DNA of 63,858 nt, filler included, from an uncultured Methanosarcinales archaeon (GTDB taxonomy: Archaea > Nanobdellota > Nanobdellia > Woesearchaeales > CAZKBD01): NCBI GenBank assembly GCA_964550945.1. It is 8 parts of 8 records of this genome, joined end to end, with 100 filler letters (N's around TTAATTAATTAA, not from the genome) between each part and the next. Parts side by side here need not be neighbours in the genome. Positions count along the whole stretch, not along the records: positions 36,629 to 45,373 come from CAZKBD010000079.1; positions 45,474 to 53,878 come from CAZKBD010000080.1; 6 more parts are not named here. One strand, written 5' to 3'. This document shows positions 39,901 through 49,886 of this stretch, one piece after another. The notes beneath the pieces were generated by a model that saw only the letters and a program-made list of their open reading frames with translations, did not search any database and was not told the DNA's origin. How positions within the stretch are numbered: the first letter of the stretch is position 1; each line of letters opens with the position of its first letter. A program made the position numbers and the translations under genes.

Positions 39901-42900
39901 TTACTATTGAATTATTTTCTTTAGGATTGGCTGGAGACCAAACAACCTCATTATAATAAAGCGTTAATTCTTCATTGGCTCCAGAGGATACGCAAAATAT
40001 GCCAAGGGGGCATTCAGAATCTGGTGCTGTAATATTGGAGCTGGTTGTAGAGATATTTGAAGAATCAATAGCAGTTACATTGATATAATAGTAACCAGGC
40101 GAGGAAGGCAAGTTTAAACTTCCTTCATAAAGCTGAGTTGAGCTATTATATGCTAAATCAGCTTCTGAACCCTTAATTTTCACTTTTATACTTGTTATGT
40201 TCGCATTATCTGTTGTATTTACATCTATATTTACAGAGCTGTCTGGCGGAGCAGGGTTTGGATCAACAAATATATTGTTGATTACAGGAGCTTCTCTATC
40301 ATAATCCTGGTATTGTAGGTTTGGCAGGGAAAGCTCTAATACACCTTCGGAGTCTGAGGAAAATTCTAGCGAAACATTGCAGGAATTATTTATTGCGCTG
40401 CAATTCTCCAACTCATTATTCATCTCGCTTTCAAATCCTTCAATTGTTTCAGGCCCATAGAATAAGCCAGAACGATTCCAGACTTTTGTTCCATTTACAT
40501 ACATCTTTGGGTTTACAGGACCTGTTTCATAATCTATGTTAATATTTGAATATTCTAAATTCCCCGCTGTATCAGAATGGAATAAAACAGGGATTGAACA
40601 ATTATCCCCATTTAAAGAACACCCATCACAATCACAGGCGCCGTTGTTTAGAGCTGAGGTTATTGCCGATGTGTTTAGGCTTATGTCATATACAGTTCCA
40701 TTGAAAGTTGAATCATTTGTATAATCATAAATAGCGTCATTCCCGCCGTCTATTTTAACAAAAGAAGGATAGGTTGATGTTATATCAATCTCAAAAATAA
40801 CAGGCGCTATGTAAGTGCTGTTTGTTGTTAAATTGGCTCTCCAGTTAAAAGTTGAGCCAATATTTGTAAAGTTATGTTCTTCTCCAGAAGTTACTTCTTC
40901 CCAATTAACTCCATCAGAAGTCATAAAAACCTTAATATTTGTTCCTGAAGTGGATGAATTTGACATGGTTAAAGTTGCTCTTGCAATAGCGTTATTCGGG
41001 AAGCCTTTTGAAACAACTAAATCATCTTTTGTGTATAATGGAATCATGTTTCCTGTGTTATCATAAGCGTATATTTTGTAATCTAAACCGGTACCCACCC
41101 GCCCTTCATAGTAAGTTTGACCGGATTTATCATATGCAACGCTTTGAGTAGGAGAAGGAACAGGAGAACTTAACTCATAATCCACACTACAATCATTCAT
41201 ATCAATAAGCTGAATCGCAGCCCCCAAGGCATTATCAACTATTAAATGAGTACCATTCCATGCAAGGCCGCCCAGTGAAAAGGAAGATATATCACAGCTA
41301 GTTTGAAGATTTCCAGAGGTATCCCATTTATAAACCTTATCTAAAGCGTCGCTGCAAGTATAATAATAGATTCCGTCATTAGCCAGACTATAACCCCCTC
41401 CCTCTATAGTGAAACTGTGCGTTCCATTTATTGATGAAGGGTCTGCATCTATAGACCATGATAAAGAATCCTGGTAAAATGTTATTCCACAGTATGCATT
41501 TGGCGGGTAAAGAGCCTTTCCTGATGACCAGCTGTTTGTTTCCCATGAATGGTTATAGTAAGTGCATTCATAGAACAGAATTGCAATCAGTTTGTTCCTA
41601 TAAAAGTCTAAATCAGACAGAGCTGAATCTGATGGTTTGGATAAAGGATTAACGTTAGTCATATTCACCCGCCCAGATACTGTATCTACATCTGCTGTTG
41701 TTTCAGAAATGTTAATATAAGTTGTAGATGAAAAAGTTTCAATAAAAGGAAATCCGTTAGGCTGAAGCCCTTTTAAGTCAAAAGTAGCATTTGTAACATT
41801 AGCATATCTCGGCAGTTCAAGATATCTTGTTATATTTTGATTTCCTGTAAATGTAAGGTTTTCTGCTGCTTTGCTGTTGTTAAACTCAGCTAAAGTAGTG
41901 TTTAGGCCTAGTTTTATCATTAATCCATTGCTGTTATAAAAGCCGTCCTTTAAGTTAATATAAAAACTTCCCCTGTCATTCCCCAATATTTCAATATCTC
42001 CGATAATATTTGCATTTCCCTTGATTACAGCAGTGGGTAGGGGGCTTGATTTTAAGCTGTTGATGTCTGTTTTTATCTTTGAGGCTGCAAAGCCAGGGAA
42101 GTATTTTCCGGTAAAATTAACGAAAGTGAAATTTAAAGTTATTTCTTTTGTTTTATCAATCAGAATGGATTTATTTTTGATATTTCTAAAAACAGGGCTG
42201 TCCATAAGAGATAGATTGGTTATATTCTCTTTAACTATCCTGTATTTAATTAACTCTTTCGGGAAGTACTCCAATGAAACGTTTTGAATGCAGTTATTTG
42301 TTTCGGTGATTGTCTCTAAGGCAATACAATTCTGCAAAACCTCTTTCACATACTTATCATTCCATTTCCAGTTCACCCTGTAATAGCTGTCATTAATATA
42401 ACTAAAGTCAACATCAATGTATTTTGTTATATAATCCTGCTTTATAATGGTCCATGCAGTATCCCTTGTTTTTAAGTGATAATTTCCTTTTTTTGTTATT
42501 TGCTCCTGAATTTCTGTAACATTAGCCTCTGTTTCATTATCTTCAATTGTAACAAAACTAAAATTATAGCTTGGCATAATGTTGACTGTCTGCTGTGTAA
42601 CAATTGTTGTCTGGCCAGGAAAGGATAAGTTTACTAGATATTTATTTGGAACAACTGGAGAGGTGTTCCAATCAAAAACAACATAGCCAAAAATATCAGT
42701 TTCCTTTGTGCCAATTAATTCATCATCAGCATAGAGATTGACTTTCTGGTTGGGTATTGGTGCTTCATCCTCATAAACCAGCCTTGCGCTTATTTGTATA
42801 ATAGATCCTTTAATTGCTGTTAACTTATCAACAATAACACTCCTAAATTTTGTGAACATGTCCTTTTCCTCCTTAAAAACAGCTTTTAAGCTTGACCAGT

Positions 42901-43588
42901 TGGAATAATAAACGTCTGAATAAGCTTGATCCATAGTTAAGCTGTAATCGACATAAATAACCTGAGCAGAGGCTGTATTATTGTTTGATGCATCATGATG
43001 CCCATAATACAAATAAAAGTTGTCGTCCCACAATTCTCTAATGGACTGCACTTCAACAAAATTACAGCAAACTGGCGAGCCATAGCAGACTGTTGTAGAA
43101 GTTCCATTATCATGGTTTATTGTTTTCCACCTCGTGCATAAATTGCTTTCATTGACGTCCCAGTTAAATTCAGTGTTTTTAACACTAAAATCAATTACGT
43201 TTCCGATAGTTTCAACCCCATCATTGTTTTTATCAAACAATTCATTATTCTCGTATTCTAATCTTAAATTAATGGTTTTATTGATTTCAGCTGAATCAGT
43301 AATAGCCTGGTTTGACTCATTAATTACAATGCTCTGATTTGTTTCGTTTATTGCGGTTTGATCTAGAATTGAATTATTACTAATTTCATTTTCGATTACT
43401 TGCTCTGGAACATTTATTGTTTCATTAGCTTCAATTGCGATATTAATTGTTTCTGTTGTGGTGTTTATAATCAGGTTTTCAATTAGTTGTTCAGCATTAG
43501 TAATATTTTCTGTTTCATTTACAGCAAAAATAATGCTGGCGCTAATAAAAAATAAAATTAATATTGTTATTGTTTTATTTATGCTCAT
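36929..43588 (-). CDS. Giant (2219 aa) secreted surface glycoprotein with CARDB/Ig-like repeats
   Basis: Signal peptide; three CARDB repeats ending E.NE.NN; D.TPP Ig/Fn3-like repeats; dense N-x-S/T sequons. Confidence 0.85.
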   Translation of the reverse strand: MSINKTITILILFFISASIIFAVNETENITNAEQLIENLIINTTTETINIAIEANETINVPEQVIENEISNNSILDQTAINETNQSIVINESNQAITDSAEINKTINLRLEYENNELFDKNNDGVETIGNVIDFSVKNTEFNWDVNESNLCTRWKTINHDNGTSTTVCYGSPVCCNFVEVQSIRELWDDNFYLYYGHHDASNNNTASAQVIYVDYSLTMDQAYSDVYYSNWSSLKAVFKEEKDMFTKFRSVIVDKLTAIKGSIIQISARLVYEDEAPIPNQKVNLYADDELIGTKETDIFGYVVFDWNTSPVVPNKYLVNLSFPGQTTIVTQQTVNIMPSYNFSFVTIEDNETEANVTEIQEQITKKGNYHLKTRDTAWTIIKQDYITKYIDVDFSYINDSYYRVNWKWNDKYVKEVLQNCIALETITETNNCIQNVSLEYFPKELIKYRIVKENITNLSLMDSPVFRNIKNKSILIDKTKEITLNFTFVNFTGKYFPGFAASKIKTDINSLKSSPLPTAVIKGNANIIGDIEILGNDRGSFYINLKDGFYNSNGLMIKLGLNTTLAEFNNSKAAENLTFTGNQNITRYLELPRYANVTNATFDLKGLQPNGFPFIETFSSTTYINISETTADVDTVSGRVNMTNVNPLSKPSDSALSDLDFYRNKLIAILFYECTYYNHSWETNSWSSGKALYPPNAYCGITFYQDSLSWSIDADPSSINGTHSFTIEGGGYSLANDGIYYYTCSDALDKVYKWDTSGNLQTSCDISSFSLGGLAWNGTHLIVDNALGAAIQLIDMNDCSVDYELSSPVPSPTQSVAYDKSGQTYYEGRVGTGLDYKIYAYDNTGNMIPLYTKDDLVVSKGFPNNAIARATLTMSNSSTSGTNIKVFMTSDGVNWEEVTSGEEHNFTNIGSTFNWRANLTTNSTYIAPVIFEIDITSTYPSFVKIDGGNDAIYDYTNDSTFNGTVYDISLNTSAITSALNNGACDCDGCSLNGDNCSIPVLFHSDTAGNLEYSNINIDYETGPVNPKMYVNGTKVWNRSGLFYGPETIEGFESEMNNELENCSAINNSCNVSLEFSSDSEGVLELSLPNLQYQDYDREAPVINNIFVDPNPAPPDSSVNIDVNTTDNANITSIKVKIKGSEADLAYNSSTQLYEGSLNLPSSPGYYYINVTAIDSSNISTTSSNITAPDSECPLGIFCVSSGANEELTLYYNEVVWSPANPKENNSIVINATIYNFGGLNATDFYVEFKIDGVSKATNQMSVLAYSSNITQFNWDATAGNHTITIIADSTGIVSEDNETNNEANATVFVQDATPPSVLDIFSERGSLVIKLNITDNIGISSVIAIVNTTIIQFSYNSTSGLWGGSSEEVGPGTYPMTVLVIDSGGLTTTVQRSITVYEETIDLALTNEDLLFSPLTPSDGENVIISVNVHNHGINETANLIVELLIDDTSQSNNTITVQGDANRTVQFNWIADYGNHTVTTRIDADNNIAELNESNNEINKTIYVTDNTPPSINEIILPDSVYEASDLLIKANVTDNINISGVNATISGTTVILSYNTTTGLYENTTTAPTAGVYNVTVAAVDAADLLASKKEIIEIYQSEADLTIDFTDVALPNNITENNNFTINITVHNDGGTDADNFKIELLIDESSRDNYTMSVNKAETTLTQFTINTTYGDHNLTIKLDADNDIAESNESNNLYNTTFFAIDITPPQALNLTATPSNWTDQTTFNISWNSVADTNGISNYEYQIDYGNFTSIGLNTSFITPHQSLGVHTVYVMAVDNPGNKGSLNNVSVYIDTSPPNTPIIREWHCGNNWTQHNTPYLSWTDPGDEGSGITNFTIDADGQEIDLGYNLTYHSSNLTTGSHTFRVKAYDALDQNSNWSNTITVYIDTSEPDAPGVASPSHPYNNSWYAINTPLFNLTAPADDSGINGYYYIVDKTNNTLPDIMSLWTTNTTINITNIGGGAQFGSNETNTTNTTGLVDGEWYFHIIAKDNAGNVGENAAHYKLKIDTTGPAVISYIPLNNSASENKTPTIIVNYADLGAGVNTTSITLEFDGSDVTENCTINETTLIYSLNSNLTLGKHNATISLKDNLINERQLIWLFYVMDNAFVIKNSSDIVAYFDNGGSIVLKGTLEQNSAHQKTNDSLFVKRENGEDVLIIENNGGMYIDGTLFENQGALNSLEQSNDFRIKYGNELVAFVNDSGYIFIKGNLIENGNP

Positions 43589-45372
43589 GGTGAATAACCT
43601 TTTATATTGATAACAGTATAGTTGATATTTGCATTTTTAGGGATTGCAACATATGCGCTTTTATTAGCTGAAGTTGAATATGTCAAATTCTTTTTAGTAC
43701 TGCCATCTGAAAATGTGCTTATTATCTTATTATAAGGCCCGACTACAATGATATACCGAGAATTTGTTCCAATCAAACCACTGCTGTCCTTTGCTGTAAG
43801 GGTTATAAGATGGGTGCTAACTGACAGGTTAGTTAGGTTAAGATATTCTCCGCTGCCTAAATAACCGTCTTTATTAGAGCTCCAGTTCAATGACCCTCCT
43901 GATAATGCGCCGTCTTCATAATCAGCAGCAGTTCCGTTAAAGCTTATATAATCAATCTGAGCAAATATATCTCCATCTAAAGGAGCAATGATTAAAGGAA
44001 CTGGCGGAGCAGGATTAATTGTTATATTAACCCTTGCTGCAGAACTCATATCATCACTATCAATAACAGTAAAATAAATTGTATGATTTCCTGCAGAAAA
44101 ATTAAATTCGCTAAATAATGTCCCATTTCCTATTATCCCATCAATGCTGGAATTCCAGATCAATGAAAAATTAGGTATTGCACCATCCTCAAAATCACTA
44201 TAAACACTCTGGAAAGTTATGTTTTGCCCATGGATGAATTGCTGTGCATTTGTAGGCGAGATTATGGAAGCAACAGGATATTGAGGCGGTTTAACAGTTA
44301 AGGTTACTGGAGCAGAAACTGTATTCCCATGGCTGTCTGTAACAGCAGCAGTTATTAAATGAATACCAATACTTAAATTATAACTAAATTCAGCACCATT
44401 CCCAATATTCCCATCAATACTAGACATCCATAGAATTGAAGAAGATAAATTCCCATCCTGCGGATCAGTTGCGTTTGCTGAGAAGTTTGTGGTTGCTTTG
44501 TAAGATATCTGCTGATTATTTTCAGGCTCGATTATTGTAAGAGCAGGAGTTCCTTCTTCAATAGTAAGTGTTATTTCCTTTTGCCCTTTTTCATTTGTTG
44601 AGTCTGTTGCAGTAAAAGTAATTGTATGCATCCCAACACTCAAAGACTTTGTATTAAACGAAGCGCCATAACTTAAGAAACCATCAATTGAAGAACTCCA
44701 ATTCAAAGAACTTCCTGTTAAACTTCCATCTTCTGGATCGTTTGCAACCCCATCAAAATAAACAACAGCACCCTCAGCAATAACCTCACCATCAACAGGA
44801 GAGCTAATAGAAACAGTTGGAGGTTGTGAAGCCAAAACACCAACAGAAACTGTATCAGTTGCTGTGTGTCCATCTGAATCAGTTACTGTTAAAGTAATTA
44901 TATGAGAGCCGACAGACAAACCAGTTGTTAAAACTGAACTATTACCTAAATAGCCATCAATATTTGAGGTCCAATTTAAATTTGTTAAATAACCATCCTG
45001 TAAATCTGTTCCATAGCCAGTAAATGTTGTTGTGTTGTAGACAAGAGTTTGTATTGAAGAAGAGGGAGATGTAATTACAGCTGTCGGATATGGATTTAAG
45101 ACTTCAATAACTTCACTTATTTTATTGTTCAATTCATTTGTTTCTGTAATATCATTATAATAATCGAGCTTTGCGTTAATAGCGTATTCGCCTAATCCTG
45201 ATCTGTTAAAGGTAGTATTAACAAGAACTATGTCTCCTGCATTAACAGCTGGAATTTCTTCTTTTGCTAATGCAACAGTTGCCCTGTATCCATTGGGATT
45301 ATCGTATATAAAGTAGAAATAAGCTGTTGAATTATCTGAATTGACTGAGCCAGTGTTTTCAATGGCAACTGT
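43585..45372 (-). CDS. PKD/CARDB-repeat surface protein (5'-partial)
   Basis: Five repeats D.EDG.L...W.SSIDG.LG.G...LS.G.H.IT.T.TDS; frame open to the contig end. Confidence 0.85.
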   Translation of the reverse strand, partial: TVAIENTGSVNSDNSTAYFYFIYDNPNGYRATVALAKEEIPAVNAGDIVLVNTTFNRSGLGEYAINAKLDYYNDITETNELNNKISEVIEVLNPYPTAVITSPSSSIQTLVYNTTTFTGYGTDLQDGYLTNLNWTSNIDGYLGNSSVLTTGLSVGSHIITLTVTDSDGHTATDTVSVGVLASQPPTVSISSPVDGEVIAEGAVVYFDGVANDPEDGSLTGSSLNWSSSIDGFLSYGASFNTKSLSVGMHTITFTATDSTNEKGQKEITLTIEEGTPALTIIEPENNQQISYKATTNFSANATDPQDGNLSSSILWMSSIDGNIGNGAEFSYNLSIGIHLITAAVTDSHGNTVSAPVTLTVKPPQYPVASIISPTNAQQFIHGQNITFQSVYSDFEDGAIPNFSLIWNSSIDGIIGNGTLFSEFNFSAGNHTIYFTVIDSDDMSSAARVNITINPAPPVPLIIAPLDGDIFAQIDYISFNGTAADYEDGALSGGSLNWSSNKDGYLGSGEYLNLTNLSVSTHLITLTAKDSSGLIGTNSRYIIVVGPYNKIISTFSDGSTKKNLTYSTSANKSAYVAIPKNANINYTVINIKGYSP

Positions 45373-45473
45373 ANNNNNNNNNNNNNNNNNNNNNNNNNNN
45401 NNNNNNNNNNNNNNNNNTTAATTAATTAANNNNNNNNNNNNNNNNNNNNNNNNNNNNNNNNNNNNNNNNNNNN

Positions 45474-45748
45474 ATGCATTTAGATTTGGAAATGTATCAT
45501 TAAAAGCAAAACATGACGTAAAAGTTTTTTTATTAAATAAAGGAGTGGAAATTGAGGACATCAAAGATGAAAAATACAATGTTGCAGAGCAAACAGATTT
45601 GTTTATCCAGAGCAAAGGGCAGATATTGGCTTGTGGAACCTGCTTGAAATCAAGAGAAAAAGAAGGCAGCAATGTTTGCCCAATTTCAACAATGAAGGAT
45701 TTGTTAAAATTGGTCGAAGAATCTGATAAAGTTCTGACATTTGGATAA
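45474..45748 (+). CDS. DsrE-family protein (5'-partial)
   Basis: AFRFGN...VKVFLLNKGVE...ILACGTCLKSR...SDKVLTFG. Confidence 0.8.
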
Positions 45749-45764
45749 AGTATTAAGGTATAAA

Positions 45765-45924
45765 ATGTCAGAAATTTTCCATCCAGTCTGTGACTGGTGG
45801 CAAGCTTTGCTTGCAATCAACAAGGATAATGAAAAATTTCTGAGCACTAAGAACCACCCGTTGAGATGAGTAAGGGCAGATTACATTGCTGAATCCCACC
45901 CGTCTATGACGGGTGGTTCTTTAG
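45765..45924. repeat. Hairpin element copy C
   Basis: ATGTCAGAAATTTT...AAAATTTCTGAGCA then AAGAACCACCCGT...ACGGGTGGTTCTT; shares CACCCGTCTATG..GGGTGGTT with copy A. Confidence 0.75.
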
Positions 45925-46143
45925 AATGAAAACCAACTGCAAGAAATGCGCTGATTGAGGTATTTGCTCCAGAGTTTGCCCAATGCAGTTAAACCCAAAT
46001 AGCCATAAAAAAAGCGTTATAGTTATTATAACTGAGCCAGACTGCATAAAGTGCGGCCTATGCGTTAGCTCCTGCCCAGAAGGAGCTTTGGCATTTTCTT
46101 AAGATTATACTACCTATAATATCATGTATTGTTTTCTTGCTTT

Positions 46144-47400
46144 CTAAGGATTTAAACCCCAAGGCTCTAAAACCATCTTTAAAGCTTCTTCTCCCTGGAT
46201 GTAAGCCAAAAATAATCCATAGTTGGTAAAAGGAACGCCAATTGATTCCATATCTTTTATCCTTGCTGCCAATTTCTGAGAAGATATCATACAACCGCCG
46301 CAATGGATGATCAGTTTATACTGATTTAACTTATCATTTTCTTGGAATTCCCTCCCAAAATTATGCTCCAAATCAACACCTGGAAGATGCTTCTTAAAAT
46401 AATTCGGAATTTGGACTGTTCCTATGTCTTCTCCGATCCTCGAGTGATTGCACGCCTCAACTATGAGTACTTTATCTTCTGGTTTCAATCGGTCCAAGGC
46501 TTTTATCCCTTCAACAAATTTGTTAAGTTTGCCTCTGCTGAAATAATTAATCATAGTTATAGAGAAGGTTGTTAGTTTTATATCATGAGGAACCCATTTA
46601 GCCATTATGTCCATTGCCTGTGAATCTGTAATTATTGCTTTTGGCCTTTTATTAAAATTATTAATAAAATCCAGAAATCTTTTTTTTTCTTTTTCAGATT
46701 CTTCGCCTCTTGCTTTGGCTAAATCCATCCTGAAAGAGACAGGATACGCCCAATTTCTGGTTATGTATTCTTCACACATTGCCTGTGGCCTTAAATACCT
46801 TCCAGGGGGAGTTTCAATGTCCATAGGTATGTTTAATATATAATATTCATCCTTTTTGATAAATGGTAGAAGATCTATCTTAAGATTTTTTGATTCAAAA
46901 TTATCAATAATAAAATTAAGCAATGGCTGCCTGAATTCCTCTTTAATTGCCCTTATCTTTATTTTTTTGTAGAATCTCGCAAGATTAATTTCTTTTTCAA
47001 TCAACTCAATATCCTTTTCATCTTCGTCATTAAAAAGATTATAAACAATTAAGATCTGCTTATCCATCTCCCTAGATTTATCAATTATTTCTTTCTCAAC
47101 ATTAAAATTTTCAGCAGACGGGTCTATAACAACCAAAACTAAATCACATTCCTTTAAATCAGAAAAAACTTTTTTTCTTTTTTTATCCCCCAACTCTCCA
47201 GTTTCATCAGCTCCTGCCGTGTCATATAACTTAACAGGCCCTAAACCATGAATTTCTTGCAATGCAATCCTGGTGTCTGTCGTTGTTCCTGGCATAGAGT
47301 CCACAATAGATGTCTCCTGTTGTGTTAACAGATTCATAACACTGCTCTTACCCGAGTTCATTTTCCCAAATATGCCCATATTATCCCTCTCTACTATCAT
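46144..47400 (-). CDS. hydF: [FeFe]-hydrogenase maturation GTPase HydF
   Basis: GKMNSGKS, PGTTTD, DTAG, ITDSQA, EACNH and HCGGCM cluster ligands. Confidence 0.9.
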   Translation of the reverse strand: MIVERDNMGIFGKMNSGKSSVMNLLTQQETSIVDSMPGTTTDTRIALQEIHGLGPVKLYDTAGADETGELGDKKRKKVFSDLKECDLVLVVIDPSAENFNVEKEIIDKSREMDKQILIVYNLFNDEDEKDIELIEKEINLARFYKKIKIRAIKEEFRQPLLNFIIDNFESKNLKIDLLPFIKKDEYYILNIPMDIETPPGRYLRPQAMCEEYITRNWAYPVSFRMDLAKARGEESEKEKKRFLDFINNFNKRPKAIITDSQAMDIMAKWVPHDIKLTTFSITMINYFSRGKLNKFVEGIKALDRLKPEDKVLIVEACNHSRIGEDIGTVQIPNYFKKHLPGVDLEHNFGREFQENDKLNQYKLIIHCGGCMISSQKLAARIKDMESIGVPFTNYGLFLAYIQGEEALKMVLEPWGLNP

Positions 47401-48439
47401 TTTGCCTCCTGACAAAGTGTTTTGAATCTCCAAGTTCGCCAAAAGCAGGCCTCAATCCGACAGATCTTATTCTGTTAGTTATGCAGCCTAAACAATCTTC
47501 TGATGATTCATTTATACACGGCTTATCTTTGTACAATTGATAGTTCTCCCGATATTGTGTTGGCGTTACAATAGGCATTATCACATTTGCCCCTGCTTTT
47601 AGCCCTAATTCCCTGCCAACTTGGTTTATTGCCTGCAAAGCAGTGGTTGATGCTATGTTTATGTCAGGCATCATCAATCTTAATGATGCTATCATATTAA
47701 GCCCAAGATTAAGGTTTATTTTTTTATTATAACTGCTATCATCCATTGGAGCATATTGGCACGGAATATAAGGCCCCATTCCAACCATATCAACATCCAT
47801 TTCCTTGAAAAACAATAGGTCATTAGCTAGATTTTCAATCTTCTGGCAAGGGCTTCCGATCATTACTCCTGTACCCACCTGATAGCCAATGTCTCTTAAA
47901 TATTTTAAGCATCTTTTTCTTTTTTTAAAGTCCATATTTTTTGGATGTAGCTTATTATAGTGCTGTTCATTGGAAGTTTCTATCCTTAATAAATAGCGAT
48001 GTGCTCCAGCATCAAAAAATTTTTTGTAAACTTTTTTGCTTTGTTCGCCTACACACAATGTGATCCCTATTTTAGGAAATCTTTTTTTTATTGAACTGAT
48101 TGTATCCGCAAGAAAACCAGTAAATTCCCTTGTCCTTAACTCTCCGGACTGCAGGACAATAGATCCGTATTTTGCTTTATCGCAGAATTTGACACAATCC
48201 ATTATCTCTTTTTTGGACATAGTGTATCTTTTAAGTTGATCGTTTGATTTTCTTATCCCACAGTATAGGCAATCATTTCGGCAGATATTTGAAAACTCTA
48301 TTATTCCTCTGAAATAAACATTTGTTGAAGCAGTTTTATCCCTAACTAAAGCTGCTTTCCTATGCAATTCCTGCTGCGTTCTTCCTTCTGATTTTAGATA
48401 TGCTATTATCTCGTCAAAAGTAAAGGTCTCTTTCTCCAT
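47381..48439 (-). CDS. hydE: Radical SAM maturase HydE
   Basis: RGIIEFSNICRNDCLYCG, LQSGE, LLRIET, YQLY, C-x7-C-x2-C tail. Confidence 0.88.
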   Translation of the reverse strand: MEKETFTFDEIIAYLKSEGRTQQELHRKAALVRDKTASTNVYFRGIIEFSNICRNDCLYCGIRKSNDQLKRYTMSKKEIMDCVKFCDKAKYGSIVLQSGELRTREFTGFLADTISSIKKRFPKIGITLCVGEQSKKVYKKFFDAGAHRYLLRIETSNEQHYNKLHPKNMDFKKRKRCLKYLRDIGYQVGTGVMIGSPCQKIENLANDLLFFKEMDVDMVGMGPYIPCQYAPMDDSSYNKKINLNLGLNMIASLRLMMPDINIASTTALQAINQVGRELGLKAGANVIMPIVTPTQYRENYQLYKDKPCINESSEDCLGCITNRIRSVGLRPAFGELGDSKHFVRRQNDSREG

Positions 48440-49811
48440 GCTCTATCCTCCTAAGGTACTCAACTGCTTTTTCTCTCCTCTTTTGATTGGGAATATTATT
48501 TAATTCTCTCTCAATTAATTCGTTTCCTGCTTTTTTTGTTTTTTCATCAGCATAATCAACTAGGTATTCTTTTAAAGTTGTAAGCGCATTCGGAAGGCAA
48601 TGAAGCTTGATTAGTCCTGGCTTTGCTAAATCCATAAAATCTTTTCCAACTCTTCCGAGCCTATAACAGCCAGTACAGAATGATGGCACAAACCCTTGTT
48701 TTATCACTGAAGTTATAACTTCCCTGGTAAGTCTATTATCGTTCAAGCTGAACTGTCCATCCTCAGCCGGATTTGTTGATGCTTCTTTGTAGCCGCCGGG
48801 ATTTGTTTTTGAGCCTGCACTTATTTGAGAAACGCCTAGATTGAAGAGCTGCGATCTCATATTTGAAGACTCCCTTGTTGATAATATCATTCCAGTATAA
48901 GGCAAAGCGCATCTTATCACTGCCACTAATTTCCTAAAATCTTGGTCTGAGACAGGACTAGGAATATCAATTGAAGCAGGAGCATTTTGCGCAGGTTCTA
49001 TCCGTGGAATAGAAATAGTATGCGGCCCAATACCATAAGTGTTGTCTAGATGTTGTGCATGCTGTAAAAGGCTCAGAACTTCAAACCTGTAATCATACAA
49101 CCCAAATAACGCCCCTATTCCAACATCTTTTAAGCCGTTTTTTAAGGCCCTGTCCATTACAGATAGCCTCCATTCATAATCTGCTTTTTTACCAGAAGGG
49201 TGCATTTTTTTATATGTTTCTTTGTGATATGTTTCCTGAAATACTGTGTATGTCCCTATCTTGACTTCGCTTAATCTTACAAACTCTTCGTCTCTTAAAG
49301 GAGCGATTTCAATGTTTATCCTTCTTATCGAGCTCCCTTTAGAGTCCCTTACAGAGTAGGCTGCATTAATGCATTCCAGAAAATAGTCAAACGAACATTC
49401 ATCATACTTCTCTCCCATCAGCATAAGTATTCTTTTGTGGCCTTGTTCCAAGATAGTTTTTGTTTCTTCTTTCACTTCTTCAATGGTTAAGCATCTTCTT
49501 TTCATGGATTTGTTATCTTTTCTAAAGCCGCAGTATAAACAGTTGTTGGTGCAGGAATTGGATATATAGAGGGGAGCAAATAAAACCAGCCTGTTGCCAT
49601 ATATTAAATTTTTAATTTTAAATGCTGTATCAAATAGCCTGTTCATTATAGCCAGATTGTTCGAATCTGTATTTAGTAAAGAGGCCGCATCATCTAAGTT
49701 AAGCCCCTTTAACCTCAATGATTCTCTTAATATCCTTTTTACCTTTTCTTCAGAAAAGTCATTATTTTTTTCTAATGCCTCGTCTATTTCTGCTTCCTCA
49801 ATAATGTTCAT
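48414..49811 (-). CDS. hydG: Radical SAM maturase HydG
   Basis: FAPLYISNSCTNNCLYC, FQETYH, GPHTIS, C-terminal C-x2-C-x22-C (which distinguishes HydG from ThiH). Confidence 0.92.
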   Translation of the reverse strand: MNIIEEAEIDEALEKNNDFSEEKVKRILRESLRLKGLNLDDAASLLNTDSNNLAIMNRLFDTAFKIKNLIYGNRLVLFAPLYISNSCTNNCLYCGFRKDNKSMKRRCLTIEEVKEETKTILEQGHKRILMLMGEKYDECSFDYFLECINAAYSVRDSKGSSIRRINIEIAPLRDEEFVRLSEVKIGTYTVFQETYHKETYKKMHPSGKKADYEWRLSVMDRALKNGLKDVGIGALFGLYDYRFEVLSLLQHAQHLDNTYGIGPHTISIPRIEPAQNAPASIDIPSPVSDQDFRKLVAVIRCALPYTGMILSTRESSNMRSQLFNLGVSQISAGSKTNPGGYKEASTNPAEDGQFSLNDNRLTREVITSVIKQGFVPSFCTGCYRLGRVGKDFMDLAKPGLIKLHCLPNALTTLKEYLVDYADEKTKKAGNELIERELNNIPNQKRREKAVEYLRRIEHGERDLYF

Positions 49812-49886
49812 AATTTGAACCTAGATATGTATTTATAAAAAATTACCGTTAAATATTTAAACTCATAATGCCTGTTTAGTTAAAGA

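Noticed and set aside
48414..49811. ThiH/BioB annotation for the radical SAM genes
   Set aside because: The C-x2-C-x22-C tail and linkage to hydF favour HydG and HydE.
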